Of a DNA stretch of 64,000 nucleotides, positions 1 through 13,360 are shown piece after piece. Source of the DNA: Puniceicoccaceae bacterium. GTDB lineage: Bacteria; Verrucomicrobiota; Verrucomicrobiia; Opitutales; Coraliomargaritaceae. A program made the position numbers and the translations under genes. The stretch spans positions 74,253-138,252 of the forward strand of contig JAKVCM010000007.1 in assembly GCA_022448605.1 (NCBI GenBank). Reading direction: 5' to 3'. The notes beneath the pieces were generated by a model. That model ran no database searches. It was not told the DNA's origin and saw only the letters and a program-made list of their open reading frames with translations. Numbering within the stretch: the stretch's first letter is position 1; each line of letters opens with the position of its first letter.

Positions 1-560
1 GCGACTATACGGTAAGCAAAACTAGCTATGAGGCCGAAGAAAATACCCATTACAATCGCACCTAGGCTAGTGACACTGAATACGGTCGCTAAATTATCAA
101 ACTTAGCACCCCATGCAGCATGGATAAAATCGTCGAGTAAAAGGCGCACTTCCTCTCGATTGAGTGGGTCAACGTTTATTCCGATAACACTGAGGATTAT
201 TCGTCCAATTTGATAGGCGGCAAGCCAGATCGGTAATACTGTTAACGGATTCGAGAGGACTTGCAGTCCGACTATAATTGGTAGATTGGCGCGGAGCAGT
301 AGCGCCAGTATAATTGCAGTGGGGATTTGGATGCCATAGAGCGGCATGAGTGTAAGAATACTCCCCGCGTAAATTGCAGGCACGGCATTCTCTACGCGAA
401 AGCTCCAGATGTAGACCCGCTTACGGGCGGCCTCTGTAAAAAATTTAAGGATTGGGTAACGATGCATGTTCGAGCGCCGAGGGAGTGGACGCAGCCATTT
501 TTTGACCCTACGGATGCGGCGCCACTTGGTCTGATTAAACTCTGATTCCTCAGCCGTCAT
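1..560 (-). CDS. DUF2062-like membrane protein, 3' end beyond window edge
   Basis: Manual translation from ATG at 560: [36 protein letters not shown]...[10 protein letters not shown]...[25 protein letters not shown]. The P-x-x-G-x-Q, RANLP and SNPLT pattern is typical of DUF2062. Start overlaps the stop of the upstream gene. Absent from the ORF track because it runs off the edge. Confidence 0.75.
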   Translation of the reverse strand, partial: MTAEESEFNQTKWRRIRRVKKWLRPLPRRSNMHRYPILKFFTEAARKRVYIWSFRVENAVPAIYAGSILTLMPLYGIQIPTAIILALLLRANLPIIVGLQVLSNPLTVLPIWLAAYQIGRIILSVIGINVDPLNREEVRLLLDDFIHAAWGAKFDNLATVFSVTSLGAIVMGIFFGLIASFAYRIV

Positions 561-1725
561 GCGTGTAGAGGGCCTGTAAGACTTCGCTTACTTTTTGCTT
601 TAAAAAATCGGGTGCTAATTTGAGGGCTTGTGCCAACGGCGTGCCCTCGGGCGTTATACTGTAGACAGCAGTCCCTGGAAAACGGTCACGAACAGTTTTT
701 GCGGCTTCCTCCTCCGCAAGCCCAGCCAGCAAGATGGCTGATGTGTCACTGGAATAGGCGGCGGCGAGTAGAGCGTAAGGGCCTTTGCCAGCGAGTGAGC
801 TGTTATCAAATTTGCCTTCACCTGTTAAAACGAGGTCGGCTTCTTTGATCTTTCTGCTCAGATCTAGCCACGCGGTGACAAGCTCAAAGCCAGCTAGATA
901 GTTTGAGTCTAAGGCAACATTGAGACCAAAGCCAATGCCGCCCGCTGCGCCGCTTCCAGAGGCTCTTAAAGTAAATTCGGGTTTGTTGAAGAATTCACAC
1001 AACTGTTTAGCTACTCGTTCCGTAGCGCCGTCAAAGGCTTCGATTTCGTCGGGTTTGAGCCCTTTTTGTGGGCCGTAAACTGCTGCGGCTCCTCTGGGCC
1101 CAAGCAATGGGTTATCCACATCGCATGCGATATAAATCGGCGGTATTGTTAACTCTATGTTACCCGTGATCTGTTCAATTGTAGGCCATTGTGCGGGTGT
1201 GACTTGGCCACTTGGACAAAACTGTAAGCCAAGCGCCTCCAGTGCGCCAAGTCCAAGGTCGCTAGTTGCGCTGCCACCGATGCCAAGCAGGATTGCATCG
1301 GCTTCTTCAGCCACTGCGATGCGTATCAGCTCGCCGACACCGCGCGTGGTACAATGCTTGGGGTGGCGCTGACCATTAGGCACTTGTTCCAGCCCAGCGA
1401 CTGAGGCCATTTCGATGATAGCTAGCTTGCCGTTTTTCAAACCGAGGAGTTTACGGGCACTCTCGGGAATGCGTTCAAGATTGACCCAACCAAGCGGCGA
1501 GTCGACTTCCTCGCCGAGTGGACCACTGACTTTGTGGTGTTCCATATAGCCACTAGCCGCTTGAGTCAAAATCGGGCAGAAGCCTTCGCCTCCGTCAGTC
1601 AACGGGGCGTGACTTAGCGTAAGCGGCTCGCCGAGCGCTTCGAGTGCGCCACTGAGTGCGGCATCACAAGCCCTGCCAGCAGGCATGGCGTCTTTATACT
1701 TATCGAAGGCAGCTAATATTTTCAT
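550..1725 (-). CDS. glxK: Glycerate kinase (GlxK/GarK family)
   Basis: Motifs [64 protein letters not shown]. Start trimmed to MKILAAFDK (1725). Confidence 0.9.
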   Translation of the reverse strand: MKILAAFDKYKDAMPAGRACDAALSGALEALGEPLTLSHAPLTDGGEGFCPILTQAASGYMEHHKVSGPLGEEVDSPLGWVNLERIPESARKLLGLKNGKLAIIEMASVAGLEQVPNGQRHPKHCTTRGVGELIRIAVAEEADAILLGIGGSATSDLGLGALEALGLQFCPSGQVTPAQWPTIEQITGNIELTIPPIYIACDVDNPLLGPRGAAAVYGPQKGLKPDEIEAFDGATERVAKQLCEFFNKPEFTLRASGSGAAGGIGFGLNVALDSNYLAGFELVTAWLDLSRKIKEADLVLTGEGKFDNSSLAGKGPYALLAAAYSSDTSAILLAGLAEEEAAKTVRDRFPGTAVYSITPEGTPLAQALKLAPDFLKQKVSEVLQALYTHDG

Positions 1726-1830
1726 ACTATAATAGTGAAGGACGATGCAATATTCACCTAGCACGAAGTGTGCATGATCTATCAAATATGAAACATTTAT
1801 CCTGTGCTAACCGTAACTGCGACCTTGCCG

Positions 1831-3624
1831 CTAACGCTGCTCTTGCCCACTCTCTATGTCTATGATCTTGAAGTTCTCCACGTGATAGATCGGGTCAGCG
1901 CGAAAAGAGAGGCGAGCGCCGTAGGATTGCTCAATTTCCAACAATAGATCTTCGTCTTCTCGACGGAGGCGCTCAAGATTAGTCGGATGGAGGAGCACGC
2001 GAAGGGCGATTTCCTTGTCTTGACCGTCACGGGCCCGGATATGGCGAATCACACTGATCAGGCGACGTTGCACTTCGACACTCATAGTGCGCGAGCTTTT
2101 GACCGATCCACGGCCGTTACAATACGGGCAGTCAGTGTAGATTCCACTGGAGTGGCTCTCGGAGTGACGCTGCCTGGTCATTTGCATAATACCGAGCGTG
2201 GATATGGGAAGGATGTGGTTCTTTGCTTTATCAGTAGCCATCTCACGCTTCATACGCGCAAATACGGCGTTGCGATCCTTCTTTGCCTTCATGTCTATGA
2301 AGTCGAGGATGATGAGACCGCCGATGTTACGCAGGCGTATTTGGCGGCAAATCTCAGTAGCCGACTCAAGATTCACTTGTAGGATAAAGTCCTTGCCGTC
2401 CTTGTTCTTATTCCTGTGCGACCCAGTATTCACATCAATTGAGATGAGGGCTTCCGTCTCCTCGATTACAATCTCGCCACCGCTAGGCAGCGGGACGCAG
2501 CGATTGTAGGTCTGCTCGATCTGGCGCTCGATATTGAAGCGCTCAAAGACCGGGATGTCATCTTTGAATAGGTGAATTTTGGACTTCGAACGAGGCGAAA
2601 TTTTAGTGACATCCTCAATTATATTTTCATAGTCTTCTACCTTATCGACCATTACTCGATCGATTTCTTCAGTCAGGAAGTCGCGCACAGTGCGGCCGAT
2701 AATATCGGGCTCTACGTAGAGGCATGCGGGCTTATTGGTTGAGTCCATGCGCTGATTGATAACCTCCCAACGCTTGAGCAAAATGTGTAGATCACGAATG
2801 AAGTAGCGGGCTTTTTTGCCCTCACCAGCGGTGCGCACAATGATGCCCATGCCTTCGGGCAGAGTGAGTCCACGGAGTATGCCTTTGAGGCGGCTACGTT
2901 CTTTTTTGTCTTCGATTTTTCGAGAGATGCCTAGCGTGCCGGTGTAGGGCATGAGCACGAGGAAACGACCAGGTAGGGCGATGTTTGTGGTGGTGCGTGG
3001 TCCCTTAGTACCAATCTGGCCCTTGGTAATTTGGAGCACGATCTCGCTGCCGATAGGGTAAAGCTTGGGAATGTCTTTGACCGAGATTTTCTCGGCTTCG
3101 CGCTTGCGCTGCTTTTCTGATTTATTATCGCGGACGATCTCGACCGAATTGTCCTTCGCAGCGGGGAGTATGTCCCAATAGTGCAGGAAGGCGTTCTTGT
3201 CCTCACCGATGTCGACGAAGGCTGCCTTAAGACCAGGTTCCAGATTCTGTATGTAGCCTTTAAAAATGGCCCCGACTTCACGGGCTTCGCCCGTGCGCTC
3301 TACTTCAAACTTTTCTAGTACGCCGTCTTGGAGGAGGGCGACGCGTTTTTCGAGTGGCTCCGAGTTGATGATCAGCTCGGTGTAGGACTTTCTCTCGGCC
3401 TTAATCGCTTTTACAATGCGTTGGATGAGCGGTTGCTTTTTCTCACGCTCAGCGGCGTCGTTTTTAAGTGCTCGGGTATCGATGCGCTCGGACTTTTTCT
3501 CCTTGGGCGCTGAGGTCAGCTCTTCGTTGTATTGTTCATCGTTTACCGCATCGTCCTTTGATACAGCTTTAACGTTTTTTGCGTTGTTAGGTTCAGTTGG
3601 TTCTATAGTTGATTCTTCGTTCAT
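1831..3624 (-). CDS. rne: Ribonuclease E/G family endoribonuclease
   Basis: S1 region (AAFVDIG..KNAFLH), [38 protein letters not shown], Zn-link CPYCNGRG. Confidence 0.93.
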   Translation of the reverse strand: MNEESTIEPTEPNNAKNVKAVSKDDAVNDEQYNEELTSAPKEKKSERIDTRALKNDAAEREKKQPLIQRIVKAIKAERKSYTELIINSEPLEKRVALLQDGVLEKFEVERTGEAREVGAIFKGYIQNLEPGLKAAFVDIGEDKNAFLHYWDILPAAKDNSVEIVRDNKSEKQRKREAEKISVKDIPKLYPIGSEIVLQITKGQIGTKGPRTTTNIALPGRFLVLMPYTGTLGISRKIEDKKERSRLKGILRGLTLPEGMGIIVRTAGEGKKARYFIRDLHILLKRWEVINQRMDSTNKPACLYVEPDIIGRTVRDFLTEEIDRVMVDKVEDYENIIEDVTKISPRSKSKIHLFKDDIPVFERFNIERQIEQTYNRCVPLPSGGEIVIEETEALISIDVNTGSHRNKNKDGKDFILQVNLESATEICRQIRLRNIGGLIILDFIDMKAKKDRNAVFARMKREMATDKAKNHILPISTLGIMQMTRQRHSESHSSGIYTDCPYCNGRGSVKSSRTMSVEVQRRLISVIRHIRARDGQDKEIALRVLLHPTNLERLRREDEDLLLEIEQSYGARLSFRADPIYHVENFKIIDIESGQEQR

Positions 3625-3711
3625 TGGTCTTGGTCTCCCATGGTTGAGGTGGGGATCCCAAGTTTTGTCTGCTTAGATTATCGAATCTGCGTGCAAGTGC
3701 GTGATTATGTA

Positions 3712-4971
<1,260 letters not shown>

Positions 4972-5028
4972 TTTAGAATTAAGAATAAGGAATCCTATTT
5001 TCAGCGTTTCCTAGTTTCATTATATCAG

Positions 5029-5490
5029 TCAGTTTACATCTCCGAGGTAGTTTGTGCCTAAGTCGAAGTTGCCGTCCTTGAAAAAGGGTTTGATCACCTC
5101 GGGCAGAAAGCGGCGCACTGCTAAATCCTCTATTGGAATCCATTCTACGCCAACCTGCTTTTTATCGTGCTCGGTGCCTAGACCGATTCCGTTTGGGTCC
5201 GTCAGTGAGCAGCGGAAGACGTTTTCTACCTGGTGGAAGGCACTGTGCGACTTATGAAATTCGTGGTTTTTACCTATGTATTCGCGAACATAGAGTAGCT
5301 CGCCGATATCGACTTTGGTGCCGATTTCTTCCAGACACTCCCGTTCTAGGCTTTGGCGGAGCGTTTCTCCGTGCTTCTGGCCGCCTCCCGGCAAGATGTA
5401 GAAAATACCTGTCCGATCACGCATTTTGATGGCTAGGACTTTTTGATCCAGTATGATGAGAGCTCTAGCTGCGGTTCGGATTTGGCGCAT
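5029..5490 (-). CDS. NUDIX hydrolase
   Basis: Nudix box [24 protein letters not shown]. Confidence 0.88.
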   Translation of the reverse strand: MRQIRTAARALIILDQKVLAIKMRDRTGIFYILPGGGQKHGETLRQSLERECLEEIGTKVDIGELLYVREYIGKNHEFHKSHSAFHQVENVFRCSLTDPNGIGLGTEHDKKQVGVEWIPIEDLAVRRFLPEVIKPFFKDGNFDLGTNYLGDVN

Positions 5491-5613
5491 AATACTTTCA
5501 TGTGATAAAAGCTACTGATCTTGGGGCAAGACCCAACAGTCGATCTATCAAAAATTAAGTATCAGTTCCAGGACTTCCTTGAAATTTGGAGACTCTGCGT
5601 CAAATATACACTA

Positions 5614-5982
5614 ATGTTTGAAATCATAGAGTGTATCGGCGCTGACATTTTCAGTGAACAGTTCGCGGATTCGCCGCAGTTAGTAGCCTTTTTGGAGGCT
5701 CATTTTGCTGGTATCGAAAATACCTCAGCGAGGCGTCAATTACTCGAAGCCGCCGATGAGAGCGAGTTTTCGCTTCATCAATGGGTCGAGTCGCTCAGTA
5801 TCGCAAAAGCGTGGCTCGATGCCCGTGGTCTTGAATTAGCGATGGGAGAACAGATCGGCTACGTCTGCTGCGCGGGTGAGGCGGCGGGAGCGGGTGCCAG
5901 CCTTACGCATCTGCCCAGCCTGGTTGCCGAGATGCTTGAAACCTATGGATGTGAGCGTGCGACGAAGACTGTTAACGAATAG
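5614..5982 (+). CDS. Hypothetical protein
   Basis: Clean ORF filling the intergenic space. Start trimmed to ATG 5614 (MFEIIECIG). No recognised motif. Confidence 0.6.
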   Translation: MFEIIECIGADIFSEQFADSPQLVAFLEAHFAGIENTSARRQLLEAADESEFSLHQWVESLSIAKAWLDARGLELAMGEQIGYVCCAGEAAGAGASLTHLPSLVAEMLETYGCERATKTVNE

Positions 5983-6101
5983 CTGAGGGGTGGCTGCAAA
6001 TGGATTTTCAGCATTTGCTATTTGTTTCCTGTCATTTGTAATCTCCGCGCGAAGCGCGGTTCGCGCTTGCCTGTGCGTATTAAGCGCATTTGCTTTCTCG
6101 C

Positions 6102-7358
6102 ATGGCGCAAAAATTACAGCCCCGTTTTCTAGATTACCCGACCGCGCTCGCTGTGAATGAGAGTTTCGGCACGCCGGTTTACGTTTATGATCAAAAATCG
6201 CTCGAAACCAACGCCGCCGCAGTGCTTAAGTTTCCAAATGCCTTCGGCTTGACCGCGCGTTACGCAATGAAGGCTTCGCCCAATGGGGCCATATTGAAGA
6301 TTTTCTCCAAAGCAGGTCTCCACATCGACGCGTCCTCAGGGCACGAAGTCCATCGCGCGATGGCTTCGGGCATCCCAGCTGCACATATTAGTCTGAGTGC
6401 GCAAGAGCTTCCTGCCGACCTTTCTGACCTGCTGGAAGCAGGCATTCAACTGAATGCCTGCTCACTTGCTCAGTTAGAGCGTTTTGGCCAGCTCATGCCC
6501 GGTGGCCAAGTTGGCATTCGGATAAACCCAGGTGCAGGCTCGGGGGGTAATAATCGCACCAACGTTGGAGGTCCGTCCTCCAGTTTCGGGATCTGGCATG
6601 ATTGGATTCCTCAGATCAAAGCGATTCTCGTAAAATACGACCTCAACGCAGTGCGTATTCACACGCACATTGGCTCGGGCAGCGACCCAGATGTATGGCT
6701 CAAGGTTGCGAAGATGAATTTTGACATTGTTCGTCAGTTCCCGGACGTCACTACTCTTAATCTTGGTGGTGGTTTCAAAGTCGGCCGTATGCCCGACGAG
6801 AAGTCGACCGACCTACAAGTCGTCGGTTTGCCCGTGAAAGAGAAGTTTGAAGAGTTCGCCGTCGAAACTGGTCGACAGATTCACCTCGAAGTCGAACCTG
6901 GTTCTTTCCTCGTGGCCAATGCCTGCGCATTGTTGTCGAAAGTGCAAGACGTCGTCTCGACAGGAGAGGGCGGCTATGAATTCATCAAGCTCAACACTGG
7001 TATGACCGAGCTATTGCGCCCCTCCATCTATGGGGCTCAGCACCCGATTAGCCTGCTGCAGTCTTCCGACAAGTCTGAGTCTAAAGACTACGTGATCGTT
7101 GGGCATTGCTGCGAATCAGGCGATATTTTGTCGCCCGCCGCCGGCGACCCTGAGCTACTCGCCACACGCGAACTACCTTTTGCCGAAATTGGCGACTTCT
7201 GTGTGATCGACGGTTCAGGAGCATACTCCTCCGCCATGACGCCTAAACACTACAACTCCTATCCTGAGGCAGCTGAAGTGATGCTTGATTTGGATAGCAC
7301 TCCCAAACTAATCCGCCGCCGCCAAAAGTTAGAAGACATTTGGGCGAACGAATTATAG
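6102..7358 (+). CDS. lysA: Diaminopimelate decarboxylase
   Basis: [12 protein letters not shown] lysine YAMKA, HTHIGSG, NLGGG, EPG, CESGD, GAY...YNS. Confidence 0.93.
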   Translation: MAQKLQPRFLDYPTALAVNESFGTPVYVYDQKSLETNAAAVLKFPNAFGLTARYAMKASPNGAILKIFSKAGLHIDASSGHEVHRAMASGIPAAHISLSAQELPADLSDLLEAGIQLNACSLAQLERFGQLMPGGQVGIRINPGAGSGGNNRTNVGGPSSSFGIWHDWIPQIKAILVKYDLNAVRIHTHIGSGSDPDVWLKVAKMNFDIVRQFPDVTTLNLGGGFKVGRMPDEKSTDLQVVGLPVKEKFEEFAVETGRQIHLEVEPGSFLVANACALLSKVQDVVSTGEGGYEFIKLNTGMTELLRPSIYGAQHPISLLQSSDKSESKDYVIVGHCCESGDILSPAAGDPELLATRELPFAEIGDFCVIDGSGAYSSAMTPKHYNSYPEAAEVMLDLDSTPKLIRRRQKLEDIWANEL

Positions 7359-7434
7359 ATCCCATGGGTCTGGGTTTGCTAAGGCCTTTATTGATAAAAA
7401 GACAATCTAGGCGAGCAAATCCTGTCGCCACTAT

Positions 7435-7875
7435 TTATCGCCGCTGCTCTTCTTCAAACATTAGGTCGTCGCTATCTTTGGGTCGATTGGCGTGCAACTC
7501 GTCAGGCAGGCAGAGGTAATAGATCATTAGCCATAGGCTCCAGCATGGGCGATAGAGAATGACTGGTAGTATGATCGCACCGCTTAGGCTAAGCACTAGG
7601 GCTAGATTGAAAGGAATAATTTCAGCGACGCCTAATAATAAAAATGGTGCGACATATCCAAACACTACCAAGCCATAGTTAATACAGAGCGGTCCTAGGT
7701 AATATCCGTCACCGCGTTCTAGCGTCATGCCGCAGTAGGGACAACGATGGTGTATCTTCAAAAGTGACCGAAAAAGCTTAGCTTGCCCGCAATTAGGACA
7801 ATAGCAGCGCAAGCCTCGCTGAACGATGTCGCGGTGTCTTACTTTGGCGAGATGTGCTAGTAAGCGATCTGTCAT
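7435..7875 (-). CDS. DUF983 family Zn-ribbon membrane protein
   Basis: RGLRCYCPNCGQAKLF...CPYCG followed by two TM segments. Confidence 0.75.
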   Translation of the reverse strand: MTDRLLAHLAKVRHRDIVQRGLRCYCPNCGQAKLFRSLLKIHHRCPYCGMTLERGDGYYLGPLCINYGLVVFGYVAPFLLLGVAEIIPFNLALVLSLSGAIILPVILYRPCWSLWLMIYYLCLPDELHANRPKDSDDLMFEEEQRR

Positions 7876-8029
7876 TTATGTAAAGATAGCGAGTGCGCAG
7901 GGCGCGCCGTAAGATGGATTGGTAGGCTCTGCAATTACGATTCAAGTATTGATGAAATAGCGGTAAAATTGTCTGCCACAACTCTGATTAAGCCTCGATC
8001 AATATCCCGCGCATTACCGCGATGGAGAT

Positions 8030-8449
8030 TCATAATTCCGCTGAGCATGACTTTGCAAAGCGCTGGATCGACTCCACGATGCGACTAAACCCGTTTCGAC
8101 GATTAGGTGAGAGGTGCTGCGTAATACCGACTTCGCTGAGAAAGTCGGCGTCGGTTTTTTGTATATCGTCGGGCTTCTCGTTGCTGTAAAAATCGCAGAT
8201 TAAGCTAGCGATACCTTTTACGATAGCAGAGTCAGACTCGGACTTGAAGCTACAAAGTCCTTCTTTGTAAGCGGGTACAATCCAGAGTTGAGACATGCAT
8301 CCCTCAATTTTGAACGAATCGATGCGTAGATCTTCCGTTAGGCCGTCGGCTTTCTTACCGCGGTCAACAATGTAGCCCAGCCTCTCGTAGGCATCAGGTA
8401 TGAGCGTGATTTCTTCGACAAGGGTATTCTTTTTTTGTTCTAAAGCCAT
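8030..8449 (-). CDS. sufE: SufE family Fe-S assembly sulfur acceptor
   Basis: IEGCMSQLW, SDSAIVKG, HLSPNRRNG. Confidence 0.9.
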   Translation of the reverse strand: MALEQKKNTLVEEITLIPDAYERLGYIVDRGKKADGLTEDLRIDSFKIEGCMSQLWIVPAYKEGLCSFKSESDSAIVKGIASLICDFYSNEKPDDIQKTDADFLSEVGITQHLSPNRRNGFSRIVESIQRFAKSCSAEL

Positions 8450-8530
8450 AATAGCACTATTTGACAGTTAAGAGTTCATTGTTTTTAAGTCAAACCGTAG
8501 CACACAGCAATCGTGACGTGTTGACGCACT

Positions 8531-9145
8531 TCAGTCAGAAGGCTTCGCCAGCATTGAGCTAGCCGCAATGAGATTGTCTCTATAAAAACCGAATACCTCG
8601 CCATCAACGTTCTTTGAGTAACCGTCGGATAGGATCAAATTGCGATCTGACTGAGATAAATTCTTTAATTTGAAAATCGGCAAGATGGGGCGGCCGTCGC
8701 GGGTGTCGGGGTATTCGCTGCTACCGTCCAGCGAACGCGCGGAGGTCAGGTGTGGGTCAATGTCTAGGAAGTCCTGCGTCCAATAACCATGATAGCCGGT
8801 TTTGGGAGCATCGTTTGAATCAAAAGCGGCATACCAGACGTTGCGCAAGGGCGGCGTGATCCAGATAGCGGTGATGCCCAGCGCATTAAAATAGCCATTC
8901 TCTAAGGCGATTTCGAGTCCGCGAAAATCGCCCCCATGATAGAGATCCATGTCTGACGGAGTTGGATCGTAGAGTGCCGGGTCACTTTCAGGTGGACGGT
9001 TATTGGAAGCATCTCCGTCAAAAAAACGATCCGTCAGCGCGAAGTAGATGACATCTTGATCCCACGGACGGGCAATATCATGCTGCGCGCAGGCCGTTTG
9101 AAGGCTAATTAGGAGTAGGAATAGAAAGGGTAAATTATGTTTCAT
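8531..9145 (-). pseudogene. Truncated secreted GH13 alpha-amylase-family gene
   Basis: Signal peptide plus VIYFALTDRFFDGD..NN, YHGGDFRG, LGITAIWITP, GYHGYW. Similarity ends at about DTRDGR, before the DxVxNH and catalytic regions. Only 204 aa. Confidence 0.8.
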
Positions 9146-9356
9146 TTCAGTAGCAGATTATAGTGTGAGGGCGGAGTCTTTCGGGTTGTTTCCTGTCGGC
9201 GAACCTCGTGCTGGTTGACAGTTTACGTCATTCTGGTCTCGGCAGTCCATGCTCCTTAAATTAAGAAGTCGGAAGTGGTAGTAATTACCAGTGATGGGAG
9301 ACAACATCTTTCATAGTGGACGCGTGTAGCGCTTTCTAGGATTCTCTGTTCTCCAC

Positions 9357-9382
9357 AAAAAAAGCCCGATTTTTGGTCGGAC
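9357..9382 (-). terminator. Rho-independent terminator of eno
   Basis: Minus strand GTCCGA-ccaaaaa-TCGGGC followed by T7, about 30 nt after the eno stop. Confidence 0.7.
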
Positions 9383-9412
9383 CTAGCGGAAATCTAATTT
9401 TTCAGGCGACGA

Positions 9413-10795
<1,383 letters not shown>

Positions 10796-10889
10796 TCACA
10801 CTGTCAATGCTTCCCGAATAAGGAATTTTTTGTAAATAGGGATAAGCTAACTTACTGATAAGCGGTAATTATATTTTATTTAAATTGGA

Positions 10890-11007
10890 TCAGCTAGTTT
10901 CTTGTCTTAGCTAGCTGACTGCTGCGGGAAGCACGCACCTCCGGCAGCCTCACTTGAATCTCTTGAAGGAGTCAGCGCGTGCCCTCTTGGCGCTAACGTG
11001 GTCCCAC
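10890..11007 (-). other. GC-rich structured intergenic element (candidate ncRNA or repeat), family unknown
   Basis: Several complementary helices in AT-rich flanks. G-U wobbles favour the minus strand. See findings. Confidence 0.4.
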
Positions 11008-11040
11008 AAAAAAACACAGACAAGAAGAACAGTCTGTGTG
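11008..11040 (-). terminator. Rho-independent terminator (possibly bidirectional)
   Basis: Minus strand ACACAGAC-10 nt-GTCTGTGT followed by T6, about 25 nt after the stop of 11065..11781. Confidence 0.75.
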
Positions 11041-11064
11041 TTTAAAAGTTAATGAGTTAATTGC

Positions 11065-11781
11065 CTAGCGAGCTTGCTGCTCATATATGGCTACACGCTG
11101 CTGCCATTGGGTGGCTATGGGGCTGGCCTGAATTTGTGCGATATATCGGTCATACTCTTCTCTACGGTCGGCAAGGTCTGCTTCCACGGCGAGGTGATAG
11201 GCGGCTTCGGCACGAGCGACTTCAGCTAGCATGCTGTTTGCTGCGATGTCAGCTAGTTGGGCCAAGGCGGTCTCCTCGTTACCCATATAAAAATTAGCAA
11301 AGGCTTGGCCTAGTAGGGAGCGACCAGCAAGAAAGTTGGTGGCCAGAGCATCGGCAGCAATACCATAGAAATTGAGTGCTTTTTCAAACTCCTTTGCGGA
11401 GTAGGCTTGGTCGGCTACTACAAGCGCTGCTAGTCCGCCAAGATCTTTGTTGCTGTTAGCCTGAGCGAAGTCAGCAATAGTTTCGTTAGCCATAGCCTCC
11501 GCGTAAGCAATCTGTAGCTTAGATTCGGCGTGGCCTTGATACATACGCATGCCGTTGAACCCAATGATAACCAGAGCGAGCACAAAGATACAGCAGCTAA
11601 TAAAACTCTTGTTCTCCATCCAATAGATATTGATGCGATCTTCTACTGAGATTTCTTCGGACTCTTGGACATCTACCAAGTTTCGCTCGTCAACGAGGTT
11701 TTGCTGCTCCTCAGGAATAGTGGGATTGCTTATTTTGTTTTTTTGTGGACGGTTCATCTTAGAGAATTTATTGCTGTTCAA
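11065..11781 (-). CDS. Membrane-anchored TPR protein, YfgM/TPR_21-like
   Basis: Acidic N-terminus, YWMENKS, one TM helix, then Ala-rich TPR-like helices. Confidence 0.6.
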   Translation of the reverse strand: MNSNKFSKMNRPQKNKISNPTIPEEQQNLVDERNLVDVQESEEISVEDRINIYWMENKSFISCCIFVLALVIIGFNGMRMYQGHAESKLQIAYAEAMANETIADFAQANSNKDLGGLAALVVADQAYSAKEFEKALNFYGIAADALATNFLAGRSLLGQAFANFYMGNEETALAQLADIAANSMLAEVARAEAAYHLAVEADLADRREEYDRYIAQIQASPIATQWQQRVAIYEQQAR

Positions 11782-11790
11782 TATCAGTCC

Positions 11791-12642
11791 TCAATCAAAG
11801 ACTACTGTTCGGTTGTTGTAAACTAATATGCGATTGTCGAGGTGCAAACGGATGGCTTGGGCAAAGACTGATTTTTCCAGATCGCGACCTTTCCGAATCA
11901 GTTCGGGTATATCATTGCGGTGATTGATCCTTGTGACGTCTTGGTGGATGATGGGACCTTCGTCAAGATCAGCCGTGGCATAGTGTGCCGTGGCGCCAAT
12001 GAGTTTGACTCCACGTAGGTGCGCTTGGTGATAGGGCTTGCCGCCTGCAAATGCTGGCAAAAAGGAGTGATGGATGTTGATAACAGGGCAGCCTACCTTA
12101 TTCATAAAGTCATCGGAAAGCACCTGCATGTAGCGCGCCATGACGATGAGCTCGGCAACATGCTCTTGCACGATCTTGAGCTGCGCAGCTTCCGCCTCAG
12201 GTTTGTTGTCTTTGCTTACAGGAATGTGGTGGAAGGGCAAGCCGTAGCGTTCGGCATCCTCTGCCAGCGCTTCGTGATTAGAAATAATGCAGGTGAGTTC
12301 ACCAGCCATTTCACCAGAACGGAAGCGGAGAATAGTGTCGTGGAAGCAGTGGTCAGTTTTAGAGACGAAAAGCGCGACCTTTGGGCGATCGGTTGATTGT
12401 GCGACTTTGGCCTTCATACTAAGCTCTTCTGAGGCGAACTTTTCAAAACTGGCGGCTTCCTCGTCAATCTGGCCCGAGGGAATCCATTCCACACGTTGAA
12501 AGAAAATGCCCGCCTCGGGATCTTCATGTTGATCGGCGTGGACTATATTACTACCACGCAGAAAAATCCAGCTGGATACGCGTGAGACCAGACCTGGTTG
12601 GTCGGGGCCGTGGAGCAGTGCAATAATGGTGGGTGTTTTCAT
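11791..12642 (-). CDS. purU: Formyltetrahydrofolate deformylase
   Basis: ACT domain PDQPGLV, ARYMQVLS, INIHHSFLPAFAGGKPYHQA, GATAHYAT.DLDEGPII. Confidence 0.96.
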   Translation of the reverse strand: MKTPTIIALLHGPDQPGLVSRVSSWIFLRGSNIVHADQHEDPEAGIFFQRVEWIPSGQIDEEAASFEKFASEELSMKAKVAQSTDRPKVALFVSKTDHCFHDTILRFRSGEMAGELTCIISNHEALAEDAERYGLPFHHIPVSKDNKPEAEAAQLKIVQEHVAELIVMARYMQVLSDDFMNKVGCPVINIHHSFLPAFAGGKPYHQAHLRGVKLIGATAHYATADLDEGPIIHQDVTRINHRNDIPELIRKGRDLEKSVFAQAIRLHLDNRILVYNNRTVVFD

Positions 12643-12781
12643 ATGGAAAGCGTGTAGAAAAAGGTAAATTAATTCAAAATCAAGGGGATAAAAAGGCGCA
12701 TTAGTTGTACTGAGCGCGTCGGTAATATCTTCAATTTCACCTCTCGCCGTTTTGGCTAAATTACTTTGCGGAGTTTGGCCT

Positions 12782-13261
12782 CTAGTCGTAAATGCTGCGC
12801 TCGTGGCGCTTATGCTTGAAGTGAAGCATGAAGTCTTCTGAGGCGAAGAGTATTATGGTGCCGATAATAGATAGAATCACCGGTATAAATGCAGTCGGCA
12901 CCAAAAATAAATATACATCACGATGTATTAGTAATACGCATAGATAGATCGCTGCAGGAGCGCTAAACACGAAGCCTGCTCGAAAAATCCAGAGAGCCCA
13001 TTGGTGCCCATAAAAGAAAAAGAAAGTCATAGGGATTTCCAGTAGGAACCGAAAATACTGGTAGGCCATTAAGTCGGGCTTAATTGTTTTGACAACGAAG
13101 TAGCCCCATATCTCAAGGACGACTAGAAATGCGATCGACAGAAATGCGAGTTTTTCGCCTATCTGGCGATGCTTCAATCTTTTCTCGCGATGAGAGGAGG
13201 CTTCAAGCGGATGTTTAGTATTTTTCGTATCCATTACTTTGCGGAAACTCACTAACTTCAT
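12782..13261 (-). CDS. Hypothetical membrane protein
   Basis: About four hydrophobic segments. No known motif. Confidence 0.6.
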   Translation of the reverse strand: MKLVSFRKVMDTKNTKHPLEASSHREKRLKHRQIGEKLAFLSIAFLVVLEIWGYFVVKTIKPDLMAYQYFRFLLEIPMTFFFFYGHQWALWIFRAGFVFSAPAAIYLCVLLIHRDVYLFLVPTAFIPVILSIIGTIILFASEDFMLHFKHKRHERSIYD

Positions 13262-13360
13262 ATATCCTCCTGAATTTAGTATTTATGGCAATCATGAATT
13301 TATTCTAAGCATCTGCTTAGACTCCATGGTAATGAAGTCTGATTATTTGAGCCAATGTAG

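Noticed and set aside
10921-11005. SAH, ZTP, SAM-I, SRP or 6S identity for the structured element
   Set aside because: Only short partial matches (GGGAAGC, CGGCAGCC, TTCAAG). The defining cores are missing.
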